Shown piece by piece: positions 21,614-34,757 of a DNA stretch of 64,000 bases. Both the position numbers and the translations under genes were made by a program. Each line of letters begins with the position of its first letter. Within the stretch, counting starts at the first letter, position 1. The notes beneath the pieces were generated by a model. The model was not told the DNA's origin, did not search any database, and worked only from the letters and a program-made list of their open reading frames with translations. The stretch covers positions 417,012,001-417,076,000 of the forward strand of contig NW_027362763.1 of the NCBI RefSeq assembly GCF_046119375.1. The letters are read 5' to 3'. The DNA is from Phyllobates terribilis. Taxonomy: Eukaryota.

Positions 21614-24600
21614 GATCATCAGGCCCGTCAAACTGGCGTGACAAGTATGTGGGGGGACAACCGGTCTTGCCTGTGGTACTGGATGGCATTCCTATGAGTG
21701 CACTGTTGGACACCGGGTCACAGGTAACCACCATCCCCTATGTACTTTTCAAGCGGTACTGGAATGACACGGATATTTCCCGCTACCCAGATAATGACTT
21801 GAGCATCATCGCCAGCAATGGTCAGCCCGTGCCGCAGGTGGGGTTCAAGGAGGTGACCATCAAAATTGGTAAAGTTGAACGGCCGGCGCAAGGACTGATT
21901 ACTGTGGAAATTGACCGTCGTGAAAGTCACCCTAAAATAACCTTGGGTACGAACGTTATTGAAAATTGTGTTTCAGAGATAATTGCTATATTACAGCAGG
22001 TTGCAATGAATGCCAGCTCCAGCCAGCAGCGTGTCTTACAAAAAGAGATCAGAGCCATGATGAAGCGACAACAGGTGGAACTGTCTGGTGGTGAGATTGG
22101 TAGCATTAGGATGAGTGACCCGTTCCCTATCGCCATGCCCCCAAAAAGTGAAATGATGATCTGGTGCCGGACTGCAATCGAGTTAAGAGGTAGAGACTAC
22201 CAAGCTATGGTAGAACCCGTTTACTCAGACAGTAGGCCCACCATTTTGACAGCACGGGGGGTGGTTGATGTCCGCCATGGGAGGGTACCAGTCTGCATCC
22301 TAAATATTGGGGAAAGAGAAGTACACTTGCCCCGGTATGCCACTCTAGCCAAATTGTTCACCATTAACCAAAACTCTGTAAAGGCCGTGGAACCCTTGCC
22401 TCCATCTCAACCAGAGGAGGGTAATGGCTCCAAGAAACAAATGGAGGACTGGTGTCAGAAACTGCATGTGGGCACCGACTCCACTCCCTCACACCAAAAA
22501 CAGGGAGTCTACCGGGTGGTTCAGGAGTACGAAAGAGTCTTTAGCAAACACCCGCTAGACTTTGGGCAAGTAAAGGGGGTAGAACACCAAATCCCCACAG
22601 GAGACCATCCACCCATAAAAGAGAGATACCGGCCTGTACCCCCTGCACACTATCAGAATGCCAAGGGTATGTTACGAGAAATGAAGGAGGCTGGGGTGAT
22701 CAGGGATAGCTGTAGCCCCTGGGCAGCTCCTCTAGTTCTTGTAAAAAAGAAAGATGGCACGATGAGGATGTGTGTAGATTATAGAAAGGTCAACAGAATA
22801 ACACACAAAGATGTGTACCCGTTACCTAGAATAGAGCAGTCTTTGGCTGCATTAAAATCTGCTAACTTCTACTCTACTTTGGATCTCACTAGCGGGTACT
22901 GGCAGGTTCCTGTAGCAGAGTCGGACAAGGAGAAGGCCGCCTTCACCACCCCGATGGGTCTCAGTGAATTCAACTGTATGCCGTTCGGACTCTGCAACGC
23001 ACCAGGGACCTTCCAGAGGCTGATGGAGTGCTGTCTGGGGCACAAAAATTTTGAGACGGTCCTACTCTACCTGGACGATATCATCGTGTATTCCAAGACC
23101 TATGAGGACCATCTAAAGCACCTGGCAGGCTTCGGCCTAAAGGTGAAACCCTCCAAGTGTCATCTACTGAAGCCAAAAGTACAGTACCTGGGACATGTGG
23201 TGAGTGCTGACAGAGTAGCCCCAGACCCTGACAAGATCACGGTGATTAAGGACTGGCCAAGACCCTCCAGCATAAAGGAAGTGCGGCAGTTCCTCGGGTT
23301 GGTAGGCTACTACCGAAGATTCATCTCTGGGTTCACCAAAATGGCAGCCCCTATGCAGGACCTCCTGTTAGGTCAGTCAAAGACTAAAAGTCAGAAAGCC
23401 GCCCTTTAAGTGGGACAAGCTGGAGGAGGAGTCTTTCCGCCAGCTGAAGATGGCCCTCACGGGGGATGAGATCCTGGCCTACCCTGATTACGGCCAGCCT
23501 TTTATCCTCCACACCGACGCCAGTAACGTGGGGCTAGGAGCCGTACTGTCCCAGATCCAGCAGGGCAGAGAACGGGTAATTGCTTATGCTAGCAGAAAGC
23601 TGAGACCCACAGAGAGAAACCCTGAGAATTATAGCTCCTTCAAGCTAGAGTTCCTGGCAGTGGTATGGGCGGTCACCGAACGCTTCAAGCATTACCTGGC
23701 TTCTTCTAAGTTCACTGTGTACACGGACAACAACCCCTTGACACACCTGGACACTGCAAGACTTGGTGCCCTAGAGCAGAGATGGATGGCCCGGCTGTCC
23801 AATTATGAATTTACCATCAAATACCGGACAGGGCGCGCAAATGCCAACGCAGATGCATTGTCCAGAATGCCTCACTTGCAGGACGGGGGAGAGGATCCAG
23901 AAGAATTGGAAGAAATTGAACTCCCTGCATTCCATCGTCATGGGATCACCCAGTGTTCCCACTGCGTAAAGGAGAGGTGCTCTGCCACCGCTACGTTCAA
24001 TCCCTTACCCCACCACGGCTGGGCAGAGACACAAGATAGTGACCCCGCAGTCCGCCTGGTAAAAGAGATGCTGACGCAGGCTGATGCCCACCTTGATCCG
24101 GATGCTCAAGAAGAGACCAAACAGCTGTGGAAGGAGAGGAGCAAGCTGTTTCTCTACGAGGGGAGGCTGTGCCGCAGAACGGTCAACTCTCGAACACACG
24201 AGCTGACCTGGCAGGTAGTGGTCCCAAGACGGGATGCGGCTATGGTCCTAGAAGCATACCATGACGGTGCAGGGCACTTTGGATGGAAGAAGCTGGAGTT
24301 CCTGTTGCGTGAGCGGTTCTTCTGGGTAGGCATGAGAGGGGCTATAGAGAGATGGTGCAGAGACTGTGGCCCGTGCAACCTAAGGAGGAAGGACCGCGCC
24401 AGCCAGAAGACTCCCCTGCGGCCCATCATCACAAAGCAGCCCCTTGAGCTGGTGGCCCTGGACCACGTAAAGCTGGCTCCAAGCAGATCGGGATACGTCT
24501 ACGCCCTCACAATCGTAGATCACTACTCCCGGTTCCTAGTGGTGGTCCCTGTCAAACACTTAACAGCTCAGACGGCCGCCAGAGCCTTTCAGCAGCATTT

Positions 24601-25741
24601 CTGCCGCCCACACGGGTATCCAGAGCAAGTGTTGACTGATCAAGGTCCAGCGTTCGAGGCTGAAGTCTTCCAGGAATTCTGCAGCCTGTATGGCTGCAAG
24701 AAGATAAGGACAACGCCTTACCACCCCCAAACCAACGGGATGTGTGAGAAAATTAACCAGGTAGTAATAGACCTGCTCAAGACGTTGCCCCTGGAGGAAC
24801 GCAGCCTGTGGCCTGAGACACAGCCGGATCTGGAGGACTTTTATAACCATATCCCAGTAAATTCTACCAACTGCACCCCAGCTTACCTAATGAGAGCAAG
24901 ACCTGGTAAGCTGCCAATTGACCTGGAGATGGGAGTCCTGACACCCGAGGACACCTCACCAGAAGCAGACTGGGACACAGAATGACAGCAGCAGTACCGG
25001 AAAGTACAGGAGAGTGTGGAACGAAGTCTGTCTCAAGCAAGAGAGAGGCAAGAGAGGAATTACAACCAGCATGCTCCTGCTGCTCCCCTTGCACCTGGAG
25101 AGCAGGTCTTGAAGAGGAAGAGACGGCTCCACAAGTTGGATGACCAGTGGGAGAAAGACCCGTACACGGTACTGCCCTCAAGCCATGAAAACCCAAAGGT
25201 ATGTGTTATCGGTAAGGATGGAAGAGAGACCACAGCCACTGTCTCCAGAGACCACCTGAAGAAGTGTCCCGAGCAGCTGCAAAGCGCTGATGAAGACCAA
25301 GATAGCCTTCAACCCGCAGAGGAAAGGGAAGAAATGGTCAGTACAGTGCTCGGAGAATCTCCCCGGTCCTGGACACAAATCAACAATGCTATAGTGGTAC
25401 CCGTCCTTACCTTTCTCCAGCCAGCCCCTCAAGAGCCTGCAGAAGAGCAAGTAGTGTTGGAAGAGCAAGTGGCCCCGGAGGCAGAAGAGTACATACCAGC
25501 AGCTCAGGAGAATCAACCCTCTGCTAGTAGTGAACCTGCCATGCCTGTGGTGAGCCAAAGAGTATGCAGAAACCTGCCCAACCTACCCGTAACATCTGCA
25601 AACACCTCTAGTGCAGACACGAGCACACCCAGTACACAGGGGGTGGAAACAGGGGACTCAAATAGAGTACCACCAGACATTAGGTTACGTAGGTCCAACA
25701 GGAGCACTAAAGGTCAGGTACCCGCTCGCTGGAGAATCTAA
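21568..25741 (+). pseudogene. Gypsy-1 pol (PR-RT-RNaseH-IN), disrupted
   Basis: LLDTGSQV, YLDD, HTDASNVGLGAVL, HHCC and DDE integrase motifs. Frameshift near 23410, stop at 24985, and a small deletion in RT (HLKHLA-GFGLKV). Confidence 0.95.
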
Positions 25742-26183
25742 ATGCAATGTATATATACCTGTAAATTGCAAATGTTAAAATGTTTGTTGCTTGCATACTA
25801 ATTATGTTTTTCTAATTACCCGACAGGGTTCATGGACTAACAGGTTATGGACAATGAATAACCGGAACTGTACCTTGTACATAGTTGCACCTGGTAAGGT
25901 GCCCTCTTTTGAAGATGACCACAGAGCACAAAACCCGTGGAGGTGGCTGAAGACATGGTCCAACTCCAGATCATCAAAGCCCTGTAGCCACCCCAGGGCC
26001 TACGTGGAGGGTTTGGGACGGGTCCCTCAAAGTGCATCTTGGGTGACAAGGACACCTGATTACGGGAGCGCCGTGACCTAAAAAGACTAAACTTCTTGTA
26101 TATATGTTAGTGTATTGTTATTACCTGTTATGTTTTTGCAAAATGTGTTTAGTCCCGGAGTACTAAATTTCACTAGGGGGGAA

Positions 26184-26214
26184 TGTGGCACCCCAGGTCC
26201 CAGGGGGCGCATCA
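26184..26214 (+). repeat. Gypsy-1 3' LTR reduced to 31 bp by internal deletion
   Basis: PPT CTAGGGGGGAA, then TGTGGCACCCCAGGT joined directly to CCCAGGGGGCGCATCA, then TSD CATA. Confidence 0.9.
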
Positions 26215-29200
26215 CATACTCCTCCTCACCCTGATGCCCCTTCCTCCCACCATGCCGAGTGTCGTCAGACAGCAACTGATCCCACACTTGGACACTCTGA
26301 AGAGCTGTTCACTGGTCCATTTCCATATTTGTGCCCCTCGCCTGCTCCGCTGGAAGTGGTGGAAGATGAGATCCCATGTAGCGATGCCCAAATATTTGAA
26401 CAGCCACGGCCACAGGAAGTCGACACTGGCAATTTGTCACAAGAGGTGGACGATTACGAGACACAATTGCCACGTAGTGAGGAGGAGGATCGTGGTGTGG
26501 AAGAGGAGGAGGTGGTGGATGATCTAGTAACTGACCCAACGTGGCAGGAGGACACGCAGAGCGAGGCCAGCAGCACACAGGGGGAGGGAGGCAGAGTACC
26601 CCAATAGGCAGGAAGAAGCAGTGTGGTGGCCGCACACAGAAGGCGGGCAACAGTTCCCCGTAACACCAACATGAGCGACGTTGCCAGTACAACTGTTAGG
26701 TCTTCCAGAGTCTGGAATTTTTTTAAAGACTCTGCTGATAACCCCAAAAATGTCATTTGTACCACCTGCCATGCCAGCATCAGCAGGGGTGACAAAACTA
26801 CCAGCCTGACCACCACCAGCATGATCAGGCACATGGCAGCAAAGCACCCGACTTTGTGGGTTGAACCCCAGGGTCCACAAGTGTCAATGGGTGTCACCAC
26901 TGCTTCTTCTGCTGTTGTGCGTGTAATAGAGCCCCCTGTTGTGCATGCAAGGCAATCCCCTGTCCATACTGCATGCAAAGATGCCCCCTCCTCTCAGTCT
27001 TCACTTGTTATGGCAGTTTCTCAAGAAACAGCATCAACGTCCACGTCCACGTCCCACCACAGCGTTCAATTGTCCATATCCCAGAGCTTTGAACGAAAGC
27101 GCAAATTCGCAGCCAACGCCCCACAGGCCACAGTGCTAAATATGCACATTTCACGACTGCTTGCGTTGGAAATGCTGCCTTTTAGGCTGGTGGAGACGGA
27201 ATCCTTCCGCAACCTTATGGCGGTGGCCGTCCCTCGGTACTCAGTCCCCAGCCGATACTATTTTGCCCGGTGTGCCATCCCCGCACTACACAAGCACGTG
27301 TCCCAAAATATCTGCCGTGCCCTCAACAACGCAGTTACTGGGAGAGTCCACCTGACAACGGACACGTGGACAAGTGCTTGTGGCCAGGGACGGTACATCT
27401 CCCTGACGGCACACTGGGTAAACATAGTGGAAGCCGGGACCCAGTCGGACCTTGGGACGGAACACATCCTCCCCACACCGAGGATCGCGGGCCCTATGTC
27501 AGTCAGAGTTGCCTCCACAGTGTACAGCTCCTGCGCATCATCCTCCTCCTCCTCCTCATGTTCAGCCTCCATCTCAGATATCACCACATCAGTAACAAGC
27601 TGGAAGCACTGCAGTACTGTCTCAGCCAAGCGGCAACAGGCTGTGCTGAAACTCATAAGCTTAGGTGATAAACCTCACACTGCTTGTGAGTTGTGGACAG
27701 CTGTGAAAGAGCAGGCAGATCTGTGGCTGAGACCGCTGAACCTACATCCCGGCATGGTCGTGTGTGACAATGGCCGTAACCTGGTGGCGGCTCTGAGGCG
27801 AGGCGAGATCACACACGTACCATGCCTGGCTCATGTGCTTAACCTCGTGGTTCAGTGGTTTCTTAAATCGTACCCCGAGTTGCCAGATCTGCTCGTCAAA
27901 GTATGCCGCCTGTCAGCTCACTTTCGCAAGTCGGCTACAGCTTCCGCCGCCCTTGCTGAGCTGCAGCAGCGTTTGCAGCTTCCGGCACACCGACTGGTGT
28001 GTGATGTCTCCACACATTGGAACTCTACCCTCCACATGTTGCAAAGGATTTGTGAGCAGAAGAGAGCAGTTGTGGAGTACTAGCTGCAACAAGGCCGTCG
28101 ATATTCAGGTCAGACTCCACACATAAGACCTCAGGAGTGGACCTGGATGTCTGACATATGTACCATCCTGACAAACTTTGAGGAGTCCACCAAGATGGTG
28201 AGTGGCGATGACGCCATCATTAGCGTCAGCATCCCACTTGTCTGTCTTTTGCAACGTTCTCTGCAGAGAATTAAAGAGGAGGCATTGAATCCAGAGTATG
28301 ATGAGATGGATCAAGAAGCTGTAGCGGGCGATTACACACAGCCCAGCCTCATCTCATCCCAACGTGCATTGGGGGACAATGAGGGAGAGGAGGAGGAGGA
28401 GGAGGAGGAGGAGGAGGAAGAGGAGAACAGGAGCTGGTATCATGCGCTGTAGACGGTAGTACCTGTACAACTGTCATACCGTCGGTTCAGCGTGGGTGGC
28501 CTGAGGACAGGGGGGAGGAGGTGGAGGAGGAGAGCATGGTCAGTCGTCATCTTGGTGAGGACACGGAAGTCTTGCCCGTTACCAGTCTGGCACGCATGGC
28601 TGACTTTATGTTACGCTGCCTTAACCGTGACCCTCGCATTGTAAAAATGTTGGGTGACAGTCATTACTGGTTGGTGACACTTTTAGACCCCCACTACAAG
28701 GAGAACTTTCACTCTCTTATTCCTGAGGTGGAGAGGTCTACAAAAATGGGGCAGTACCAGAAGGCCCTTGTTGCAGAACTGTTAAAAAAATTCCCATCTG
28801 AACACGCTAGCGGCAGAGGTCACAGTTTGCTGCCCAACCAAGGCGTACAGGCGAGAGAGACGCAACTCCAATCCAGCAGAGGCAGGGGAACACTGTCAAA
28901 GTTCTGTGACAGTTTTCTGAGACCCTCCCAGCTTACAGGCCCTCAGGCACGGGGTACTCTCACAAGGAGTGGAAAGTTTCAAAAGATGGTGAGGGTGTAC
29001 CTTGCCGACCATACCAGCGGCCTCCATGATTCCTCTGTGCCTTTTAATTATTGGGTATCCAAGCTGGACACTTGGAATGAACTCGCTCAGTACACCTTGG
29101 AGGTCCTGGCCTGCCCTGCTGCTAGCGTGTTATCGGAGCGTGTTTTTAGTGCCGCTGGGGGAATTATAACAGATATGCGCACTCGCCTGTCAACTGACAA

Positions 29201-29562
29201 TGCTGACAAGCTGACCCTCATCAAAATGAACAAGAACTGGATTGGACCAGACTTCTCATCACCACCAAATGACAGCAGAGTAACATAAAGTCAAATCCAC
29301 TGTGTTATTTCGGGAGGTGTATTCCCATGCACCGCTTCACACCCACACATGGGTATACGCTTCCTCATTTCGGCTGTATTTTGCTCTTCTCCTTATCCTC
29401 AGCCTCCACCACCATTATACCACCAGGGTGACCTTGGTCCGTGTTGCCAGCATTGCAAGTTCCTCTGTCTTAATTTTTGGTAGCTTTTGTTTGGAAGGCA
29501 TAGGAAAAGATTATGGGAGACCCACTCTGGGAATAATGTTTTTAAGATGCTGTACTGCATGG

Positions 29563-32025
29563 CTCTTCCAAGGGGAATTTAAACCGTCTTGTTAAGCTAC
29601 TGCAACCTCCATGTCTCTTCCAAGGGGCATTAAAACCGTCTTGATAAGCTACTGCGACCTCCACCACTTTTCCCAGGGGCATTAAAACCGTCTTGTTAAG
29701 CTACTGCGACCTCCACCACTTTTCCAAGGGGCATTAAAACCATCTTGTTAAGCTACTGCGACCTCCACCACTTTTCCCAGGGGCATTAAAACCGTCTTGT
29801 TAAGCTACTGCGACCTCCACCACTTTTCCAAGGGGCATTAAAACCATCTTGTTAAGCTATTGCGACCTCCACCACTCTTCCAAGGGGCATTGATGCTGTC
29901 TTTTTATTCCACTGTGACCTCCACGTCTCTTCCAAGGGGCATTTAAACTGTCTTTTTAAGCTACTGTGACCTCCACCACTCTTCCAAGGGGCATTAAAAC
30001 CGTCTTGTTAAGCTACTGCGACCTCCACCGCTCTTCCAAGGGGCATTAAAACTGTCTTGTTAAGCTACTGCGACCTCCACCATTCTTCCAAGGGGCATTA
30101 AAACTGTCTTGTTAAGCTACTGCGACCTCCACCACTCTTCCAAGGGGCATTGATATTGTCTTTTTATTCCACTGCGACCTCAACGTCTCTTGCAAGGGGC
30201 ATTAAAACCGACTTGTTAAGCTACTACGACCTCCACCATTCTTCCAAGGGGCATTAAAACCGTCTTGTTAAGCTACTGCGACCTCCACTACATTTTCAAG
30301 GAGCATTGATATTGTCTTTTTATTCCACTGCGACCTCCACGTCTCTTCCAAGGGGCATTAAAACCATCTTGTTAAGCTCCAGCAACCTCCACAACTTCTC
30401 CAAGGGGCATTAAAACCATCTTGTTAAGCTACTGCGACCTCCACCACTCTTCCAATGGGCATTGATATTGTCTTTTTATTCCACTGCGACCTCCACGTCT
30501 TTTCCAAGGGGCATTAAAACCGTCTTTTTAAGCTACTGCGACCTCCACCATTCTTCCAAGGGGCATTAAAACCGTCTTGTTAAGATACTGCGACCTCCAC
30601 CACATTTTCAAGGGGCATTGATATTGTCTTTTTATTCCACTGTGACCTCCACGTCTCTTGCAAGGGGCATTAAAACCGTCTTGTTAAGCTACTGCGACCT
30701 CCACCATTCTTCCAATGGGCATTAAAACCGTCTTGTTATGCTACTGCGACCTCCACTACATTTTCAAGGGGCATTGATATTGTCTTTTTATTCCACTGCG
30801 ACCTCCACGTCTCTTCCAAGGGACATTAAAACCGTCTTGTTAAGCTACAGCGACCTCCACCACTTCTCCAAGGGGCATTAAAACCGTCTTGTTAAGCTAC
30901 TGCGACCTCCACCACTCTTCCAATGGGCATTGATATTGTCTTTTTATTCGACTGTGACCTCCACGTCTTTTCCAAGGGGCATTAAAACCGTCTTGTTAAG
31001 CTACTGCGACCTCCACCGCTCCTCCAAGGGGCATTAAAACCGTCTTGTTAAGCTACTGCGACCTCCACCATTCTTCAAGGGGCATTAAAACCGTCTTGTT
31101 AAGCTACTGCGACCTCCACCGCATTTTCAAGGGGCATTGATATTGTCTTTTTTTTCCACTGCGACCTCCACGTCTCTTCCAAGTGGCATTAAAACCATCT
31201 TGTTAAGCTACTGCAACCTCCACCACTTCTCCAAGGGGCATTAAAACCATCTTGTTAAGCTACTGCGACCTCCACCACTCTTCCAAGGGGCATTAAAACC
31301 GTATTATTAAGCTACTGCTACCTCCACCATTCTTCCAAGGGGCGTTAAAACCGTCTTGTTAAGCTACTGCGACCTCCACCGCTCTGCCAAGGGGCATTAA
31401 AACCGTTTTATTAAGCTACTGTGACCTCCACCATTCTTCCAAGGGGCATTAAAACCGTCATGTTAAGCTCCTGCGACCTCCACCACATTTTCAAGGGGCA
31501 TTGATATTGTCTTTTTATTCCACTGCGACCTCCACGTCACTTCCAAGGGGCATTAAAACCATCTTGCTAAGCTACTGCAACCTCCACCACTTCTCCAAGG
31601 GGCATTAAAACCATCTTGTTAAGCTACTGCGACCTCCACCACTCTTCCAAGGGGCATTAAAACCGTATTATTAAGCTACTGCTACCTCCACCATTCTTCC
31701 AAGGGGCATTAAAACCGTCTTGTTAAGCTACTGCGACCTCCACCGCTCTGCCAAGGGGCATTAAAACCGTTTTATTAAGCTACTGTGAACTCCACCATTC
31801 TTCCAAGGGGCATTAAAACCGTCATGTTAAGCTACTGCGACCTCCACCACATTTTCAAGGGGCATTGATATTGTCTTTTTATTCCACTGCGACCTCCACG
31901 TCTCTTCCAAGGGGCATTAAAATCGTCTTGTTAAGCTACTGCGACCTCCACCACTTCTCCAAGGGGCATTAAAACTGTCTTGTTAAGCTACTGCGACCTC
32001 CACCACATTTCCAAGGGGCATTGAT
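29563..32025 (+). repeat. 52-bp satellite array (about 47 units, two unit types, 364-bp higher-order repeat)
   Basis: Unit TTCCAAGGGGCATTAAAACCGTCTTGTTAAGCTACTGCGACCTCCACCACTC, with variant ...GCATTGATATTGTCTTTTTATTCCACTGCGACCTCCACGTCTC. Confidence 0.97.
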
Positions 32026-32289
32026 AGTGTAGCCGAACCGCTCCTTTTGGTACAGAAACATATACTACAAGACATGTGTGGTTGACTGGCCTGATATTGA
32101 TGTGAATGGTCCCTGTTCCTCCTGCTCTTTCTCCTTTGCCACCACCTCATCCATTATTCATCACCTGAAGCTTTGTTTTAACGGGAGTCATAGAACTGGG
32201 ATAGTAGCAGGAAAACATCCAGCAATCCTCGGAGGAGGTAGGATATGCGCCAAAACGCTGACCACCTCAGTCCTAGCCACTACTACATA

Positions 32290-33290
32290 CATGCGCTTGC
32301 ATTCCAAGAATACAAAGCAGACGCTAACTTCTATCATCATCATCATGCTCCTCACCTTGGCACTCTCAACTCCCCTGATGGAGAAGCCAGGGCCCACCGG
32401 AGGAGTCTGGTTCTCTGGTGGGCTCGTCCAATGCTGCCCTAAAGCAGGCCAGGCTAAGAAAAGTGTGGGGGAAGTTCACAGGAGAAATAGGGGCGACTGG
32501 GGACCGTTTATGGACACCTGGCCGTGGGGCGGCTGGGGACCGAGTATGGACACCCGGCCGCCCCCTGGCGGCTGGGGACTGAGCGTGGACACCCGGCCGC
32601 CGGGCGGCTGGGGACTGAGTATGAATACCTCGCTGCCGAAGCAGCGATGAGTTAGTGACCAGCTTCGGCCTCCTCCAAACTAAAAGACCCCATTTCAAGT
32701 GCAAGCTAGCAGTATGGTATTGCAGCCTGGGGGTGGGTGGGTGGCAGGTTGCACACTTTCGCTTGCATTCCAAGAAAACAAAGCAGATGCTAACTTCTAT
32801 CATGATCATCATGCTCCTCACCTTGGCACTCTCAACTCCCCTGATGGAGAAGCCAGTGCCCACCGGAGGAGTCTGGTTCTCTGGTGGGCTCGTCCAATGC
32901 TGCCCTAAAGCAGGCCAGGCTAAGAAAAGTGTATGGGGGATGTTCCAAGGAGAAATGGGGGCAGCTGAGGACTGTTTATGGACACCCGGCTGCCCCCATG
33001 CGGCTGGGGAGCGTGTGTGGACACCCGGCCGCGGGGCGGCTGGGGACCGAGTATGGACACCCGGCCGCCCCCTGGCGGCTGGGGACCGAGCGTGGACACC
33101 CGGCCGCCGGGCGGCTGGGGACTGAGTATGGATACCTCGCTGACGAAGCAGCCATGAGGTAGTGGCTAGCTTCGGCCTCCTCCAAACTAAAAGGCCCCAT
33201 TTCAAGTGCAAGCTAGCAGTATGGTATCGCAGCCTGGGGGTGTGTGGGTGGCAGGCTGCATACTTGCGCTTGCATTGCAAGGAATGGGGG
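32290..33290 (+). repeat. ~470-505-bp tandem duplication containing short GC-rich sub-repeats
   Basis: CGCTTGCATTCCAAGAA near 32294 and 32760, with a third partial copy near 33267; internal GGACACCCGGCCGCC...GGCGGCTGGGGAC repeats vary in number between copies. Confidence 0.9.
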
Positions 33291-34757
33291 AGGTACAACT
33301 GAACACTGCCCTGGGACAAGGACTTGCATGGGGATAGTCTTCCCCATGCTGTTCCCATGTCTTTTCAGCACTGTATGCATGTGTCACACAGCACATGGCC
33401 AGATAAGATTGTAAAATGTTAAAATGACATTTCCCGGTGAATGCATTTGTCACGGTTGAAAGCAATACAAAAGTGCAAAAACGCATAAAAATGCTACTTG
33501 TGAACATTGCCCACGGTGTGGAGGAGTATTTTTGTTTTTGGTTATTTATTTTACCTTATGCACAAGTCTTTACCCTGGAAAGGAAGTTCCTTAACATATT
33601 TCACAGGAAAACCGTTTCAGTTTAGTTTTTGAACGTTTTATTGTGAGCCCGTAAAAGTGGCTTAATACCTCTGACTACGTTGTTGGCAGAAGTGACCTGG
33701 GAGTCAGAAATGCTTCCTGGGGCGATGCCCATGCTGTCCCCATATCTTTTGAGCACTGTCACTATTGTTTTGGGCACTTTTTAGGCATTCTACAGACTGC
33801 CGGGGGTGCCGCCGCAAAAATGCTCGGGTCTCCCATAGACTAATATTGGGCTCGTTGCTCGGGTCGAGCACCCGAGTATCACGGCGAGCTCGGCCCGAGC
33901 TTCGAGCACCCGAGCATTTTAGTGCTCGCTCAACACTAGTAACTACTAATGGTCGGTGCACTGGAGAAATATTCAACTGTTTTTGCAACTCCTCTGGAGT
34001 GTTGAATTGGGGAGAAAACAGCCATCATTCTGCCCATAGGGAGGAGTCCAGGAAATTTTCCACCCAGTTCTCAGATATTTTTGGCATACACTATTGATAT
34101 CCCACAGCATTTCTCATAGGAATACCTGTTCAAGATGTATTAAAGGGGTTGTCAAAAGTGAGATCTGCACTTTCTGCTTGTGCATTCTCTGGGGGGGCGG
34201 GGGGGGGGTGCTTCACCTGCCAGATGGGTAAGGTTTCTTTTTATTGAACTATTCGATGGTGGTTTTTCTGACATACTTTCATTTACACATGTGTAATATA
34301 ATACCTTCTATACTTGCATGTTGCATGTGTTTTCCCTACCCCAGGGTTTTTTGCTTGTTGCTATTTTGCTTGTCCTGGTTATTTGAAAGAATGTTTTTAA
34401 CCAGTATTTTATAAAAATTTATATTTTATACACACTCCCTTTGCTCCTCCTCTTTTCAACCCCTTTAAGACCCCCTGCGAGCAGTTCAGTCTATGAAAGA
34501 AAAATGCCAGAAAATTGTTTAGAGTAACAGAGGGGTATTTTAAAGTCCTATGAACATCTAGGAAACATTGTAGTGCAATCTTACCATAATCTCCAGATTT
34601 TTCAGAGAATATTGTAAGTATGTACACCCAATATATTGCATCAAAACTGCTGTTTATAAAGTGGCACCCAGATTCTAGTTGCACACAGGATTTGTCAGCT
34701 TGGTAATGCAAACAACTGGACAAAAGTGGAAAGGCACCACAATAGACATATCATTAG

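Larger units (their letters stand above)
19199..26214 (+). mobile_element. Ty3/Gypsy LTR retrotransposon Gypsy-1 (decayed), TSD CATA
   Basis: 5' LTR 19199-20242, PBS, gag, PR-RT-RH-IN, PPT, and a 31-bp 3' LTR remnant; CATA at 19195-19198 and 26215-26218. Confidence 0.95.
18905..29288 (+). pseudogene. hAT/BED transposase pseudogene of element 1, split by Gypsy-1
   Basis: MGKAR start at 18905; resumes at 26219. BED finger (RVWNFFKDS...VICTTCH...MIRHMAAKH), HLTTDTWTS, VVCDNGRN and CPAASVLSERVFS motifs, with stops and frameshifts. Confidence 0.92.
17339..33938 (+). mobile_element. hAT element 1, 16.6 kb, complete with TIRs and perfect 8-bp TSD GTAACTAC
   Basis: TAGTGTTGAGCGAGCA at 17339 and TGCTCGCTCAACACTA ending at 33938; GTAACTAC at 17331-17338 and 33939-33946; CGAGCA/TGCTCG subterminal arrays at both ends. 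Confidence 0.95.

Noticed and set aside
29563-32025. Regularly spaced repeats that might be read as a CRISPR array
   Set aside because: Units are head-to-tail with no unique spacers, there are no cas genes, and the context is eukaryotic.
32366-33358. 330-aa minus-strand ORF
   Set aside because: Arises from the GC-rich tandem duplication; low-complexity repeats (SPAARRPGVH) and no domain.
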